Shown: in pieces, positions 52,155 to 61,380 of the stretch | Layout of the letters: every line of letters starts with the position of its first letter | Numbering within the stretch: the first letter of the stretch is position 1 | From: Promethearchaeota archaeon | GTDB taxonomy: Archaea; Asgardarchaeota; Lokiarchaeia; Sigyniarchaeales; SOKP01 | Direction: 5' to 3' | Assembly: GCA_016839555.1 (NCBI GenBank) | Contig: JAEOUA010000006.1 | Location: forward strand, 192,001-256,000 | DNA: 64,000 nt | Position numbers and translations under genes: made by a program | The notes under the pieces: generated by a model | What the model was told of the DNA's origin: nothing | The model's input: the letters and a program-made list of their open reading frames with translations, nothing else | Database searches by the model: none

Positions 52155-52613
52155 ATGATTCATGAAGAGAATACAAAAGTAAGTATTAAATTAGATAAGG
52201 ATCTGATATTTAAGTCCAAATTTGATTTTGAGAAAACAAATGAAATTTTTATCGACGAAACTTTAGAAAAATCGGGACAATTGATTGGTCCTGATGCTGC
52301 AAGCTTATTAGGAATGGCGATTATAAGTTGCTTGAGTGCAAGTTTTTTATTTTGCTTGTATAAGCGAGATCTCTCTCTCGACGATTTAGAAGCGCATGCA
52401 GATATTTCATTTTTTAAAAATGATAAGGGATATACTAGAATACATCAAATTAATGTGAAAATCATTCCAAAAACAGATAATCCTAATGTATTAAAGCGAA
52501 TAAAACAATGTACACGAGAAATGCGAAGCGGAGATATGTTTTTTGAAGAAACATGCATAATTACCCCCTCAGTAAAAGAAGGCATTATGATTAATGTCAA
52601 TGTGGATATTTAA
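52155..52613 (+). CDS. OsmC-family protein
   Basis: IDE...GPDA..LL...SCLSASF...FEETCIITPSV motif. Confidence 0.85.
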   Translation: MIHEENTKVSIKLDKDLIFKSKFDFEKTNEIFIDETLEKSGQLIGPDAASLLGMAIISCLSASFLFCLYKRDLSLDDLEAHADISFFKNDKGYTRIHQINVKIIPKTDNPNVLKRIKQCTREMRSGDMFFEETCIITPSVKEGIMINVNVDI

Positions 52614-52775
52614 CCTTATTATATTTCCGGTAGAAAATATTATTAAGGGCTTATTGCAGAAATTAATTAATAAATTCATTAAAATGAGGATTATAAGTCC
52701 CTAGCCATTATTTATCCTTACATACTTAAATAGGATTATGCCCTTGTATTATTTAATACCTTTTGAGGTAATATT

Positions 52776-53507
52776 ATGAAAGGTCTGGATAATAAAAAAA
52801 ATAGATTACTAGATAGCCAAAAATTATTATTTGGAAAATTAAAGAAATTAAATCAATTATTTAAAATACATTATACATCATTAGTTTTGTTTTTCTTATT
52901 TGCCCTTAGTAATATTATTTTTTGGATGGCTTTATTAATTATAGGACAAGCTAAACCGGAATTATTTCAGAGATATGGCATCTTCGGAATGGTAGTGACT
53001 TTTATTCTAATAATCGTTCTTTTTCTTCTATTAATTGTTTTAGCACTACAAATATATTATTATAGTTTTTTTATTATTAGAGGAGATCGCTCTCTTAAAC
53101 AGTTTAAAGGTGATAAAGAGGCGAAAAATACTCATTATAATGGAATAGTCCCTTATATTAATAATTTCTATGCCTTTTTCAATCGATATTCAAAAGAGAA
53201 AACAAATTATAGTCAATTAGTTTTTAGCTTTTTATTAGTCAATTTCTTTTTGGGATTTTTTATATTTTTTATAGCCACGCGATTCATCGATCCTAGTATT
53301 ACGATGTTATCGGTAAAAATTTGCGGTCCTATATTATTCCTCCTGATGGTAATCTCTTGGATCATGGACATAATAATCTCAATGAAAATTAGAATTAAAA
53401 TCGTGAAATGGGAAAATCTTTTTCCTAAATTAGAAGAATGGGCTCAAGAATTAGAAAAAAATTTTATAAGAAATTCGAATCATAAAGATAAGGAGGATGC
53501 CTTATAA
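52776..53507 (+). CDS. Hypothetical 4-TM membrane protein
   Basis: Two TM pairs plus KWENLFPKL tail. Confidence 0.65.
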   Translation: MKGLDNKKNRLLDSQKLLFGKLKKLNQLFKIHYTSLVLFFLFALSNIIFWMALLIIGQAKPELFQRYGIFGMVVTFILIIVLFLLLIVLALQIYYYSFFIIRGDRSLKQFKGDKEAKNTHYNGIVPYINNFYAFFNRYSKEKTNYSQLVFSFLLVNFFLGFFIFFIATRFIDPSITMLSVKICGPILFLLMVISWIMDIIISMKIRIKIVKWENLFPKLEEWAQELEKNFIRNSNHKDKEDAL

Positions 53508-53528
53508 TTCTTAGGTTGGTGTTTTTCA

Positions 53529-53822
53529 ATGAGCTCTTCAAGGCGTAGTAAATTCGAAATTTGGTCCGAGATATTAGAATATTGTTTAAGAAAAAAAAGA
53601 AGTCAAACATGGCTATTACGAAATACCCGTTTAAATACTAATGCAATAAAAGATAATCTTCAATTTCTCTTATCTCGAAATTTAATTGACCAGATAAATG
53701 AGGGTGAGGTAATAAAATATCATATAACATATAAAGGGGAAGAAGCATTACAGAAATTTTATACTCTAATAAATGATTATTTTAATTTAAATCAAGAAAG
53801 TAGAAAAAAAAAGAATTATTAA
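53529..53822 (+). CDS. Archaeal winged-HTH regulator (HTH_45-like)
   Basis: RRSKFEIWSEILE...LN...YHITYKG pattern. Confidence 0.85.
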   Translation: MSSSRRSKFEIWSEILEYCLRKKRSQTWLLRNTRLNTNAIKDNLQFLLSRNLIDQINEGEVIKYHITYKGEEALQKFYTLINDYFNLNQESRKKKNY

Positions 53823-53927
53823 ATAAAACATATTTTTAAATTATTTCTTTTTTTTTAAACTTTTAACTACTACATTTATAATAGTTAGAAAAAAAAGGGG
53901 ATATAAAAAAAATAAGGATTTTGGATC

Positions 53928-55010
53928 TTAAAAAATCCTATTATTAATGTTGGTTTGGAAATGTGGAAAATGAGAGGGTCTATTTTGGGAGATTACTCCT
54001 CGTTTTGAAACTAAGTAAAATTGGACGGGCACATTATCATAGATTAATGTTATTCCACGCCATTCATTATTGCCATTTGAATTAATTTCCACTACATCTC
54101 CTAATCCAACTCCTTCTCTTACTGAAAATTCTACTTGTAATTGTTTCAAAGCTTTAATAAATGTCTTATAATAGTTGATCTCCCCTTCTTTAAGGGGTTT
54201 ATCTCTAAATCTTAATGCTTCAATTGCGAACGCATTTAAAATATCAGCCCCCATATAATTCCAAGCTTTTGGATTTGCATAAAATTCAATTCCAATGAAT
54301 TCATTATTAATAAAACATGCAATCCCGCATTGATTTTCTATATTTGTAAAATGTTTGACAATCTCTTGCGTTTGATTTTGAGAAGTTTTTGTCATATCAA
54401 GATAACTCTGAGTTGGAGCGAGATTTGGAGCGAAATTCATCTCAGATCTATAAGACTGGATCTCTCCCCATACAGCACCTTGTCCTGCGGAAGATATTGC
54501 ATCAAATGCGATATTGGGATGGAGCCGCATACTTGATGACTTAAATCCGCGTGCCTTCTTATAATTCCATCGTGATTGTTCTATGCATTTTGCAGGTATA
54601 CTATATTTATGTGGTTGTGGATGAGGGTTTGGTGGTGGTGGAGGATTTGTTCCTATTGGAGGAGTTGATTGTTTGCTGAATACTTGATGTTTTTCACCAG
54701 GAGGTAATAAGATAGGTTCCCAAATGGTTCGATCTTGTTTTCCTCCATGAACGGTCATTCCAAACGGGATTAAAATTTGTTTATTACTCTTATTAATTAC
54801 TTCTAATTGATTTACTGAATTGGTTTCTAATACTTCAATTAATTCTAATTTTTCTGCTTCTTTGATACTAATGAAATCAATAAATTTATTTTCTTGAAGG
54901 ATAATAGGAATAATTGTCATATTCTTATGAGTTTGAGGAGCTTCAAAACTAAGCAATACGGATGGTTCAATAAAAATAGACTCGGCAATCTGAATACTTT
55001 CTGCTTTCAC
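53928..55010 (-). CDS. ARPP-1/DUF6569 domain protein
   Basis: SVNQLEVINKS...GGKQDRT...CIEQSRW...QGAVWGEI...QCGIA motifs. Confidence 0.8.
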   Translation of the reverse strand: MKAESIQIAESIFIEPSVLLSFEAPQTHKNMTIIPIILQENKFIDFISIKEAEKLELIEVLETNSVNQLEVINKSNKQILIPFGMTVHGGKQDRTIWEPILLPPGEKHQVFSKQSTPPIGTNPPPPPNPHPQPHKYSIPAKCIEQSRWNYKKARGFKSSSMRLHPNIAFDAISSAGQGAVWGEIQSYRSEMNFAPNLAPTQSYLDMTKTSQNQTQEIVKHFTNIENQCGIACFINNEFIGIEFYANPKAWNYMGADILNAFAIEALRFRDKPLKEGEINYYKTFIKALKQLQVEFSVREGVGLGDVVEINSNGNNEWRGITLIYDNVPVQFYLVSKRGVISQNRPSHFPHFQTNINNRIF

Positions 55011-55012
55011 AC

Positions 55013-55438
55013 TTATTTCACCTCTTTTTTATTTTTATTAATATTTTCACTTTCTTTTTTATTAACAGATTTTTCTTCATAAAGTTGGTTTATAAATTTA
55101 TTAACAATATCTTTTCCATTAGGTGTTAATTCTACCCCATAAGAATATTTGACTTTTCCATTTTCAGTCGCTCCATTAATTCGAATACCACGATCTGAAG
55201 GCAATTCTTCTGATTTTCGTATTTCTTGATGAGTTTTTACTAACCCACCTTTTTTTAATTCGTTTAAATGGTAATTAAGCCGTTGTTTTTGAACTCCTAT
55301 CTCATCGGCAATATCTATGGGCCTTTTCGCTTCTTCTGAGATTTCCTTCAAAATATCAGCTCTTATAGGGTTTCTAAATACAAGACCAACTTTTTCGAAT
55401 ATAGGTTTCTTTTTTTCTTTTCTACCCATATTTTTCAC
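55013..55438 (-). CDS. ArsR-type winged-HTH regulator, operonic with ARPP-1 gene
   Basis: NPIRADIL...LNYHLNELKKGGLV motif; 2-bp gap to downstream gene. Confidence 0.85.
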   Translation of the reverse strand: MKNMGRKEKKKPIFEKVGLVFRNPIRADILKEISEEAKRPIDIADEIGVQKQRLNYHLNELKKGGLVKTHQEIRKSEELPSDRGIRINGATENGKVKYSYGVELTPNGKDIVNKFINQLYEEKSVNKKESENINKNKKEVK

Positions 55439-55460
55439 TTATATTTATATATTTTTTTAT

Positions 55461-55479
55461 AGTAAAAATATTTTTTACT
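55461..55479. promoter_or_regulatory. Palindromic operator candidate AGTAAAAA-TAT-TTTTTACT
   Basis: Perfect 8-bp inverted repeat between TATA-like element and start of the ArsR gene. Confidence 0.5.
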
Positions 55480-55749
55480 GTATAACAAAAACAAAACTAT
55501 ATATTTAAATCTATCGATTTTTTTAAAATCCGTAAAAAGTTCATATATAGTTAATAAGATGAAAATATGAAGTTTGAAATAAAATAGAAATAAAATTTGG
55601 TTAATTTATATTCTTTTCTTGCTTATTTTTTATTGATTTAATGCATCTAAGAATTTTAGAATTCAATATTTTCAATAATTAAAAAACATTAATAATACTA
55701 ACATACAGAAATTATATATTATAGAATTTAAAGCGTATATCAAGCTAAT

Positions 55750-56547
55750 ATGAATATTCTTTGTAGCGGATTGAAAGAATTTAAATCGGGAAAAACCACT
55801 TTAACCTTAAGTTTAATCAAATATTTAAAAGAAGAAGGAGAATCAGTTTGTGGATTTAAACCAAAAGCAGGGAATAATATATGGTATCACTGGAACGCGG
55901 TAATGACTTCCCTAAAAAAGGGAACGATTTATGGAATAGATGTTCAAAAATATTATGATGCTTGCGACAGAACAATTCCTATTACAACCTTAAATCCAAT
56001 TCATCGTTTATGGGTTCCGGAATCCCGGGATATTGTTTGGGAAGAACTTCCGAGCTTCCTTTTAGATCGTATAACCCTAAAGGAGAAGCAATTTATAATT
56101 ATCAATACACATTGTAAATTTCCCGTGAATAAGGATTATTTTAACGAAATTTTACGGAATAGTGAACAGATAAAAATATCAGATAGAGAGGATCTAAATC
56201 AAATTACTAACCTTTATGAGGAGTCAGATGAATGGGCATTTTCAGTCCTTTCAAATAAATTTGACTCAATAGTTTTTGAGAGTTATGCGGATATTGGATT
56301 ACCTTGGACGGGATTATCGGAATTAGATTTTGTATTTGTGGTTGAACCTTTTAAAATTTATATTTATGAGGGAAAGCGCTATTTAAATGCATCTAAAATT
56401 GTTTCCAGTATTTCTATAGAGCAGAAAACAGAGGAATTAATCGAACTTATAAAACCGATTACATCTATAAGAATCCCTCCTTTTGCTGATAATATTATAG
56501 GAAAAATTACGAATTATCTCAGACCTCATTTAAAAGAGTTGTTTTAA
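55750..56547 (+). CDS. Archaeal predicted P-loop ATPase/GTPase
   Basis: SGKTT, GFKPKAGNNIWY, NPIHRLW and FESYAD motifs. Confidence 0.75.
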   Translation: MNILCSGLKEFKSGKTTLTLSLIKYLKEEGESVCGFKPKAGNNIWYHWNAVMTSLKKGTIYGIDVQKYYDACDRTIPITTLNPIHRLWVPESRDIVWEELPSFLLDRITLKEKQFIIINTHCKFPVNKDYFNEILRNSEQIKISDREDLNQITNLYEESDEWAFSVLSNKFDSIVFESYADIGLPWTGLSELDFVFVVEPFKIYIYEGKRYLNASKIVSSISIEQKTEELIELIKPITSIRIPPFADNIIGKITNYLRPHLKELF

Positions 56548-56720
56548 TAATTTCTTTTTTATTTTTTAGAAAAATATAATAAACTGTCCGTTTTTTATTA
56601 GAATTCTAAGATTATGCCCAAAACGTAATATTATGAGTATTTTAACCCATTTTTTCTTGTTTACCAATATATTTATATACAAGTTTTTCTTAAATCTTTA
56701 TGAGATCTAACTATAAAAAA

Positions 56721-56851
56721 AGTGGAAATTGTGGTATAAGTCCACATGAAGCCGTCTAAAACAAGATTTCTTCGATGGGCTTTTTTGCCGACTGTGGGCA
56801 TCTAAGGTAAAACCTTACCAACCATCCAAGACTTTTTGGCATTTCGCCATT
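56721..56851 (+). ncRNA. Candidate structured non-coding RNA of unknown family
   Basis: GC-enriched island with several hairpins and complementary ends, upstream TATA-like element, downstream oligo-T. Confidence 0.45.
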
Positions 56852-56988
56852 ATTTTTTTACTTTTTTTTCTATATTTTTTACATTATATTCTTTTAATAA
56901 CAGTTTTATGGGATATTATATTCAGAATTTTGTGATTAATTTGCTTTTTTTTTATTTTTCTAAGTAAAGAAAATATTCTGTTTCTTTT

Positions 56989-57756
56989 ATGGTGATAATG
57001 ATGATTTTATATATAATTCTTGGAGTTATTGGTTTTATAATTTTGTTTCTAATAATACTAAGCTTGCCTCGAAAAGAAAATGAAAGAATTCATAATATTG
57101 AAGCTATTGATAATCCGGACGTGGTGAAAGGATTTGAAACAATGGCAAAGACACCGGCTTTTGCATGGATTCATAAAAAAATAGTTTCAAAATTAACTGA
57201 ATTCCTTCCTGAAGGAATTATTGTAGATTTAGGCTGCGGCTCTGGAAATTTAATAGTTAGATTAGCTAAAAAATTTCCAAATTCAGAAATAATTGGGGTA
57301 GACAATTCTTCGGAGATGCTTAAAACGGCTAAAGAGAGAGCTGAAAAAAAGATAAAAAGCCGAAAAATAAAGTTTAAAAAAGGTTCAGCCAATAAACTGC
57401 CCTTCAATGATAATTCCATAGATTTTGTAGTCAGTTCTTTATCACTTCATCATTGGATAAATCCTACTGAGGCATTGCAGGAGATATATCGTGTTTTAAA
57501 GAAGCACGGATATCTTATAATTTTTGATTTCAGGCGTAATTCTCGGAAATTTTTTTATGGACTTCTAAAATTTGCCACGACAATCGTTGTTCCAAAAGCA
57601 TTAAAAGATATAAATGAACCTTTAGGATCTCTGCTTTCCAGTTATACCGAAAATGAAATGAGGGAAATATTCAACCACACTTCTTTCGATAAGATTGATA
57701 TTGAGGCTCTAATGGCGTGGGTGTTCATTATCGCAAAAAAAAATAAAGATATTTAA
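56989..57756 (+). CDS. Class I SAM-dependent methyltransferase with N-terminal TM helix
   Basis: VDLGCGSG, GVD, LPF..NSID and SLHHW motifs. Confidence 0.92.
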   Translation: MVIMMILYIILGVIGFIILFLIILSLPRKENERIHNIEAIDNPDVVKGFETMAKTPAFAWIHKKIVSKLTEFLPEGIIVDLGCGSGNLIVRLAKKFPNSEIIGVDNSSEMLKTAKERAEKKIKSRKIKFKKGSANKLPFNDNSIDFVVSSLSLHHWINPTEALQEIYRVLKKHGYLIIFDFRRNSRKFFYGLLKFATTIVVPKALKDINEPLGSLLSSYTENEMREIFNHTSFDKIDIEALMAWVFIIAKKNKDI

Positions 57757-57766
57757 TTTTATAATA

Positions 57767-58285
57767 TTATTCGCTCTCATATTTTTTTATTTTGGGAATT
57801 AATTTTGGAACATGCTCCTTATATACTCTATATTCCTCTTCAAAAAGATCTTCTAAGATCTCTTCTTCGCGGTTAATCATCCAATTATAAATAATTATCG
57901 CAATGATAAAGATCCCAGCACTTAATAGAGAGATTGAGAGGAATATAAATGCCGCATAAAATAATAATATAGCAAGATATAATGGATTTCTCACATGTCC
58001 CAAAATGCCGTTGGTAATAAGAGTTTCTGAAGGTTCATGTTCATGGAATAATAGTTTATGGGAGGGAACTCCAAAAATTATAGCTAAAATCACAAAAAAA
58101 ACAAAGAGAGAAATTCGAATATATATGAGAACATATTGATTTAAAAATGTTGAAAATTGAAGCCAGATAGAATCAATTATCCAAATTGCTGTAAAAACCA
58201 ATGGAATAATGGCTTGAATAACATGTGAATAAGGAGCTTCTCGCTCTAATCCTTTTTTACGGTTTCTTTTCATGTTAATTTTCAC
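57767..58285 (-). CDS. Isoprenylcysteine carboxylmethyltransferase/PEMT family membrane protein
   Basis: LITNG...VRNPLY and EEEIL...Y..Y...VP motifs. Confidence 0.88.
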   Translation of the reverse strand: MKINMKRNRKKGLEREAPYSHVIQAIIPLVFTAIWIIDSIWLQFSTFLNQYVLIYIRISLFVFFVILAIIFGVPSHKLLFHEHEPSETLITNGILGHVRNPLYLAILLFYAAFIFLSISLLSAGIFIIAIIIYNWMINREEEILEDLFEEEYRVYKEHVPKLIPKIKKYESE

Positions 58286-58446
58286 CTTATAGAAAAAAAT
58301 CCATATATGTCTATATTATTAAATATCTTAATAATCTATTCAATTCTATTTTAAAAAGACGCGAATTTTATCATTGGTAAAGAAATATTTTCTGGTTATA
58401 GAGAGAGTTCTATTACTATATTGCTTTCTTTCAAAATCTTGAAATA

Positions 58447-59970
58447 CTAAAATTGATATTTCTCCCCATTTTGTAAAATAACAGTATTATCAAACGAATT
58501 CTTAAACCAATCAGGATTTTCCGTGTGAACGGGAATTAGAACCTCTGGATCAATGGTATCAATAGCCCATAATAATCCTGTTGTTGAAGCATGACCAGAA
58601 GTATGGAATTTTTTATCAAATACCGGCTTACCTTGTATAATATCAAAACCATAGGTGTTAATATTCAAATGGTTCAACCAATTTTTTAGCCTAATGAAGT
58701 CAAATTCTGATTCTTCTTCAAATGCTTCACTTGAAGAATATATATAAGCAGCATCTTCAGGTTTAATATCTAACAAATTATTAATATCATAGAAGGAAAA
58801 AGATACGATATAATTTTTAGGATCTTTGGAAACTTCGAAGGGGTCAACATATTCTATTTTTTTTTGGATTTTGAAAATATTTTCTTCCCAATTACGAGGT
58901 CTTGTTCTTAGATCCTTATAGACTTTTATATTTTTTAGTCTATCAAGACCATCAGCGTTCTCGAGAGCATATAATAAGTAGGCAGTTTTTGCCGTTATTA
59001 GGAGTGTCCTCCCTAATTTTTCTGCAATTTTTTGAAATATTTTTAACCGCTCAAAGTTCCTTCCAGCAAAATCAGCAATAATTAGACCTTTTGTTCTTTC
59101 AGCAGCATCTAAACAATTTTCATAAACTTCATCTTCTGTTTTATTATTAGGATCCTCTATAGAAGTCCTCGTCCCTTCGATAATTAAAATAGAAGCATCT
59201 TTTGAATTCTGAAAAAATTGTTTACTTTTATATCCTTCTGTTCCATGGAGTCTAAAATCTCCAGTATACGCAAGTGTGATATCTCCTTCCAATTTGTAAG
59301 CAGTAGAACCAAGAATAGAATGATCTACTTCGAAGGGATTTATGGCAAATTTAAAGGAGTAATCACATAATTCGCATATATCACCATAATCATAAGGCTT
59401 CCAGTTACTTTTATTTTTTCTGAAAAAATCAAAAAATGGTGGAGGAATATCTTCTGCTGTGCAGATAAATTCTCTTCCCTTATACATATTATTTTTTTTT
59501 TGATCTGATTTAATACATCTATCATCATTAGTGGGTACTCTCATTGAAAAATATGCTGTTTCCGAATCGAAGGTAGGTCTATAACAATCTCGGATTGCTT
59601 TGAGTAAAGCTATTGTTTTTAAGGATGAAATTATGGGAATAGTTGGATCTAATAACCCTATATTACCATAATGGTCTTTATGAGCATGGCTAAGTAATAC
59701 TCCTTTAACATTTAAAGATGGATATACAGAAATATCCAAATCTGAAGGAATTAGATCTCTACGATAAATATTAAGCTTTGGAATAAGATTAAGGTTAAAT
59801 AAATCATAAATACCTCTGGAGGTTCTTGCCTTCAAATATTCTTGAAAATATTTTCCATAAGTTTTAAAATTCATTCCAAAATCAAGAAAAATACCTTCTC
59901 CCTCCTGTTCTAAATATATTTTAGTACCTCCTATGGTATCTGCTCCATCATAAATAGTTATAGATCCCAT
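58447..59970 (-). CDS. RNase J-like beta-CASP metallo-beta-lactamase nuclease
   Basis: IGG, DFG, SHAHKDH, VDHS, YTGDFRLHG, HTSGH and IPVHTE motifs. Confidence 0.88.
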   Translation of the reverse strand: MGSITIYDGADTIGGTKIYLEQEGEGIFLDFGMNFKTYGKYFQEYLKARTSRGIYDLFNLNLIPKLNIYRRDLIPSDLDISVYPSLNVKGVLLSHAHKDHYGNIGLLDPTIPIISSLKTIALLKAIRDCYRPTFDSETAYFSMRVPTNDDRCIKSDQKKNNMYKGREFICTAEDIPPPFFDFFRKNKSNWKPYDYGDICELCDYSFKFAINPFEVDHSILGSTAYKLEGDITLAYTGDFRLHGTEGYKSKQFFQNSKDASILIIEGTRTSIEDPNNKTEDEVYENCLDAAERTKGLIIADFAGRNFERLKIFQKIAEKLGRTLLITAKTAYLLYALENADGLDRLKNIKVYKDLRTRPRNWEENIFKIQKKIEYVDPFEVSKDPKNYIVSFSFYDINNLLDIKPEDAAYIYSSSEAFEEESEFDFIRLKNWLNHLNINTYGFDIIQGKPVFDKKFHTSGHASTTGLLWAIDTIDPEVLIPVHTENPDWFKNSFDNTVILQNGEKYQF

Positions 59971-60134
59971 TACTTATTCACCATAGATTCTTTTACTATT
60001 TAAATAATAATAAAAAGCGTTTTTAATATTATGGGATTTAACAAGATTATTATAATTTAGATTAATCTTTTTCTCTAAAAATAGTTAAGAAAGATTGCAA
60101 GAAATTTTTAAAGCAAGATAATATTTCTCTAAAT

Positions 60135-61319
60135 GTGTTAATACCTCCGTTTTTAAGTTTTCTTATTGTTATTATATTAATTTTAGTATTTTCTAAATAC
60201 GAGCTAAGTATCACGTTAACTATTGGAGCTATCGTGTTCGGAATTTTAGCAGATGTTAATGTGATTGATGCTATCTTAACGGTGGGGTTGGATCCTTCGA
60301 TTATTTTATTAACAATTGCAATACTCTTTATTCCTATCTTAGGGGGCTTAATGGGTGAATCGGGATTAATGAATGAATTGATTGATAATATGGATGTATC
60401 AAAAAAAACCTCATTAATGGTATCCCCCGCTCTTTACGGCTTATTACCAGTTGCCGGAGGTGCTTTAATGTCTGCACCAATTGTAGATAATATTGCGCCT
60501 GAGATGAATTCTAGTCGAAAAATATCTATAAACGTGTGGTATCGTCATATCTTTATTCTTATTTACCCCTTATCTTTACTTGTAATAAGCGAAATAGCGA
60601 ACATAAATCTGTATTTAATCGTGGTAGCAATGATTATTCCATTTATCCTATTAATTCTTATTGGATATTTTTTTCTAATCAAATCCATTCCAGAGGAAAA
60701 GGAACAACATGAAAGAAATTTAAAGCGGGTGTTCAGAAACTTGATTCCCATAATTATTGCCCCTATTTTTGATTTTATTGGGAGACTTTTCATTAATTTT
60801 TCTTATCCCGAGATCTTTCTGATAATCGGTTTGCTTTTAAGTATTTTTATAAGCTTAAAAATGGGTAATCTTCCCCTTAAAAGTGTTGGAAAAATATCAA
60901 AAGGCATGAAAATATGGAGGTTTCCTCTTTTAATTTTTGCTATGTTCCTATTTCTTGAGGTTTTTATAAGGTCCAGCGTACCAGATACAATTGGAAACCT
61001 TAACTTGCCTTATATCTTGCTTTTATGCATTGGTTTTTTTTTAGGTGTGGGCACGGGACGCATACAGCTCCCATTATCAATAATGGTACCGATTTATACC
61101 ATTCAAAATAGTTTAATGGCTATGCCTCTATTAGATTTTTCCTTTCTCTATCTAGCGATATTTTTAGGCTATATTATCACACCTATCCATCCATGTGTGG
61201 CTTATAGTATAAATTATTTCAATGATTCCTATAAAAACGTGTTAAAAGATATTTCTCTGCCCACATTTTTAAGTTTTGGAGTTTTATTAGGCGTATATGC
61301 GATAATATCATTATTTTAA
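60135..61319 (+). CDS. DUF401-family membrane transporter-like protein
   Basis: GLLPVAGGALMSAP, NVWYRH and TPIHPC motifs. Confidence 0.85.
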   Translation: MLIPPFLSFLIVIILILVFSKYELSITLTIGAIVFGILADVNVIDAILTVGLDPSIILLTIAILFIPILGGLMGESGLMNELIDNMDVSKKTSLMVSPALYGLLPVAGGALMSAPIVDNIAPEMNSSRKISINVWYRHIFILIYPLSLLVISEIANINLYLIVVAMIIPFILLILIGYFFLIKSIPEEKEQHERNLKRVFRNLIPIIIAPIFDFIGRLFINFSYPEIFLIIGLLLSIFISLKMGNLPLKSVGKISKGMKIWRFPLLIFAMFLFLEVFIRSSVPDTIGNLNLPYILLLCIGFFLGVGTGRIQLPLSIMVPIYTIQNSLMAMPLLDFSFLYLAIFLGYIITPIHPCVAYSINYFNDSYKNVLKDISLPTFLSFGVLLGVYAIISLF

Positions 61320-61380
61320 GAAATTGTCTCTTCTCCTCTTCCAAAAATTTCAAATAGAAATTTATCCTTATTTGATTTGA

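Noticed and set aside
52640-52750. Loose AGGATTAT...CCCT repeats upstream of 52776
   Set aside because: Too degenerate to distinguish from chance without comparative data
56721-56851. 5S rRNA, tRNA, SRP RNA or functional SECIS
   Set aside because: Conserved 5S, tRNA and SRP motifs not found on either strand; no adjacent gene with an in-frame UGA
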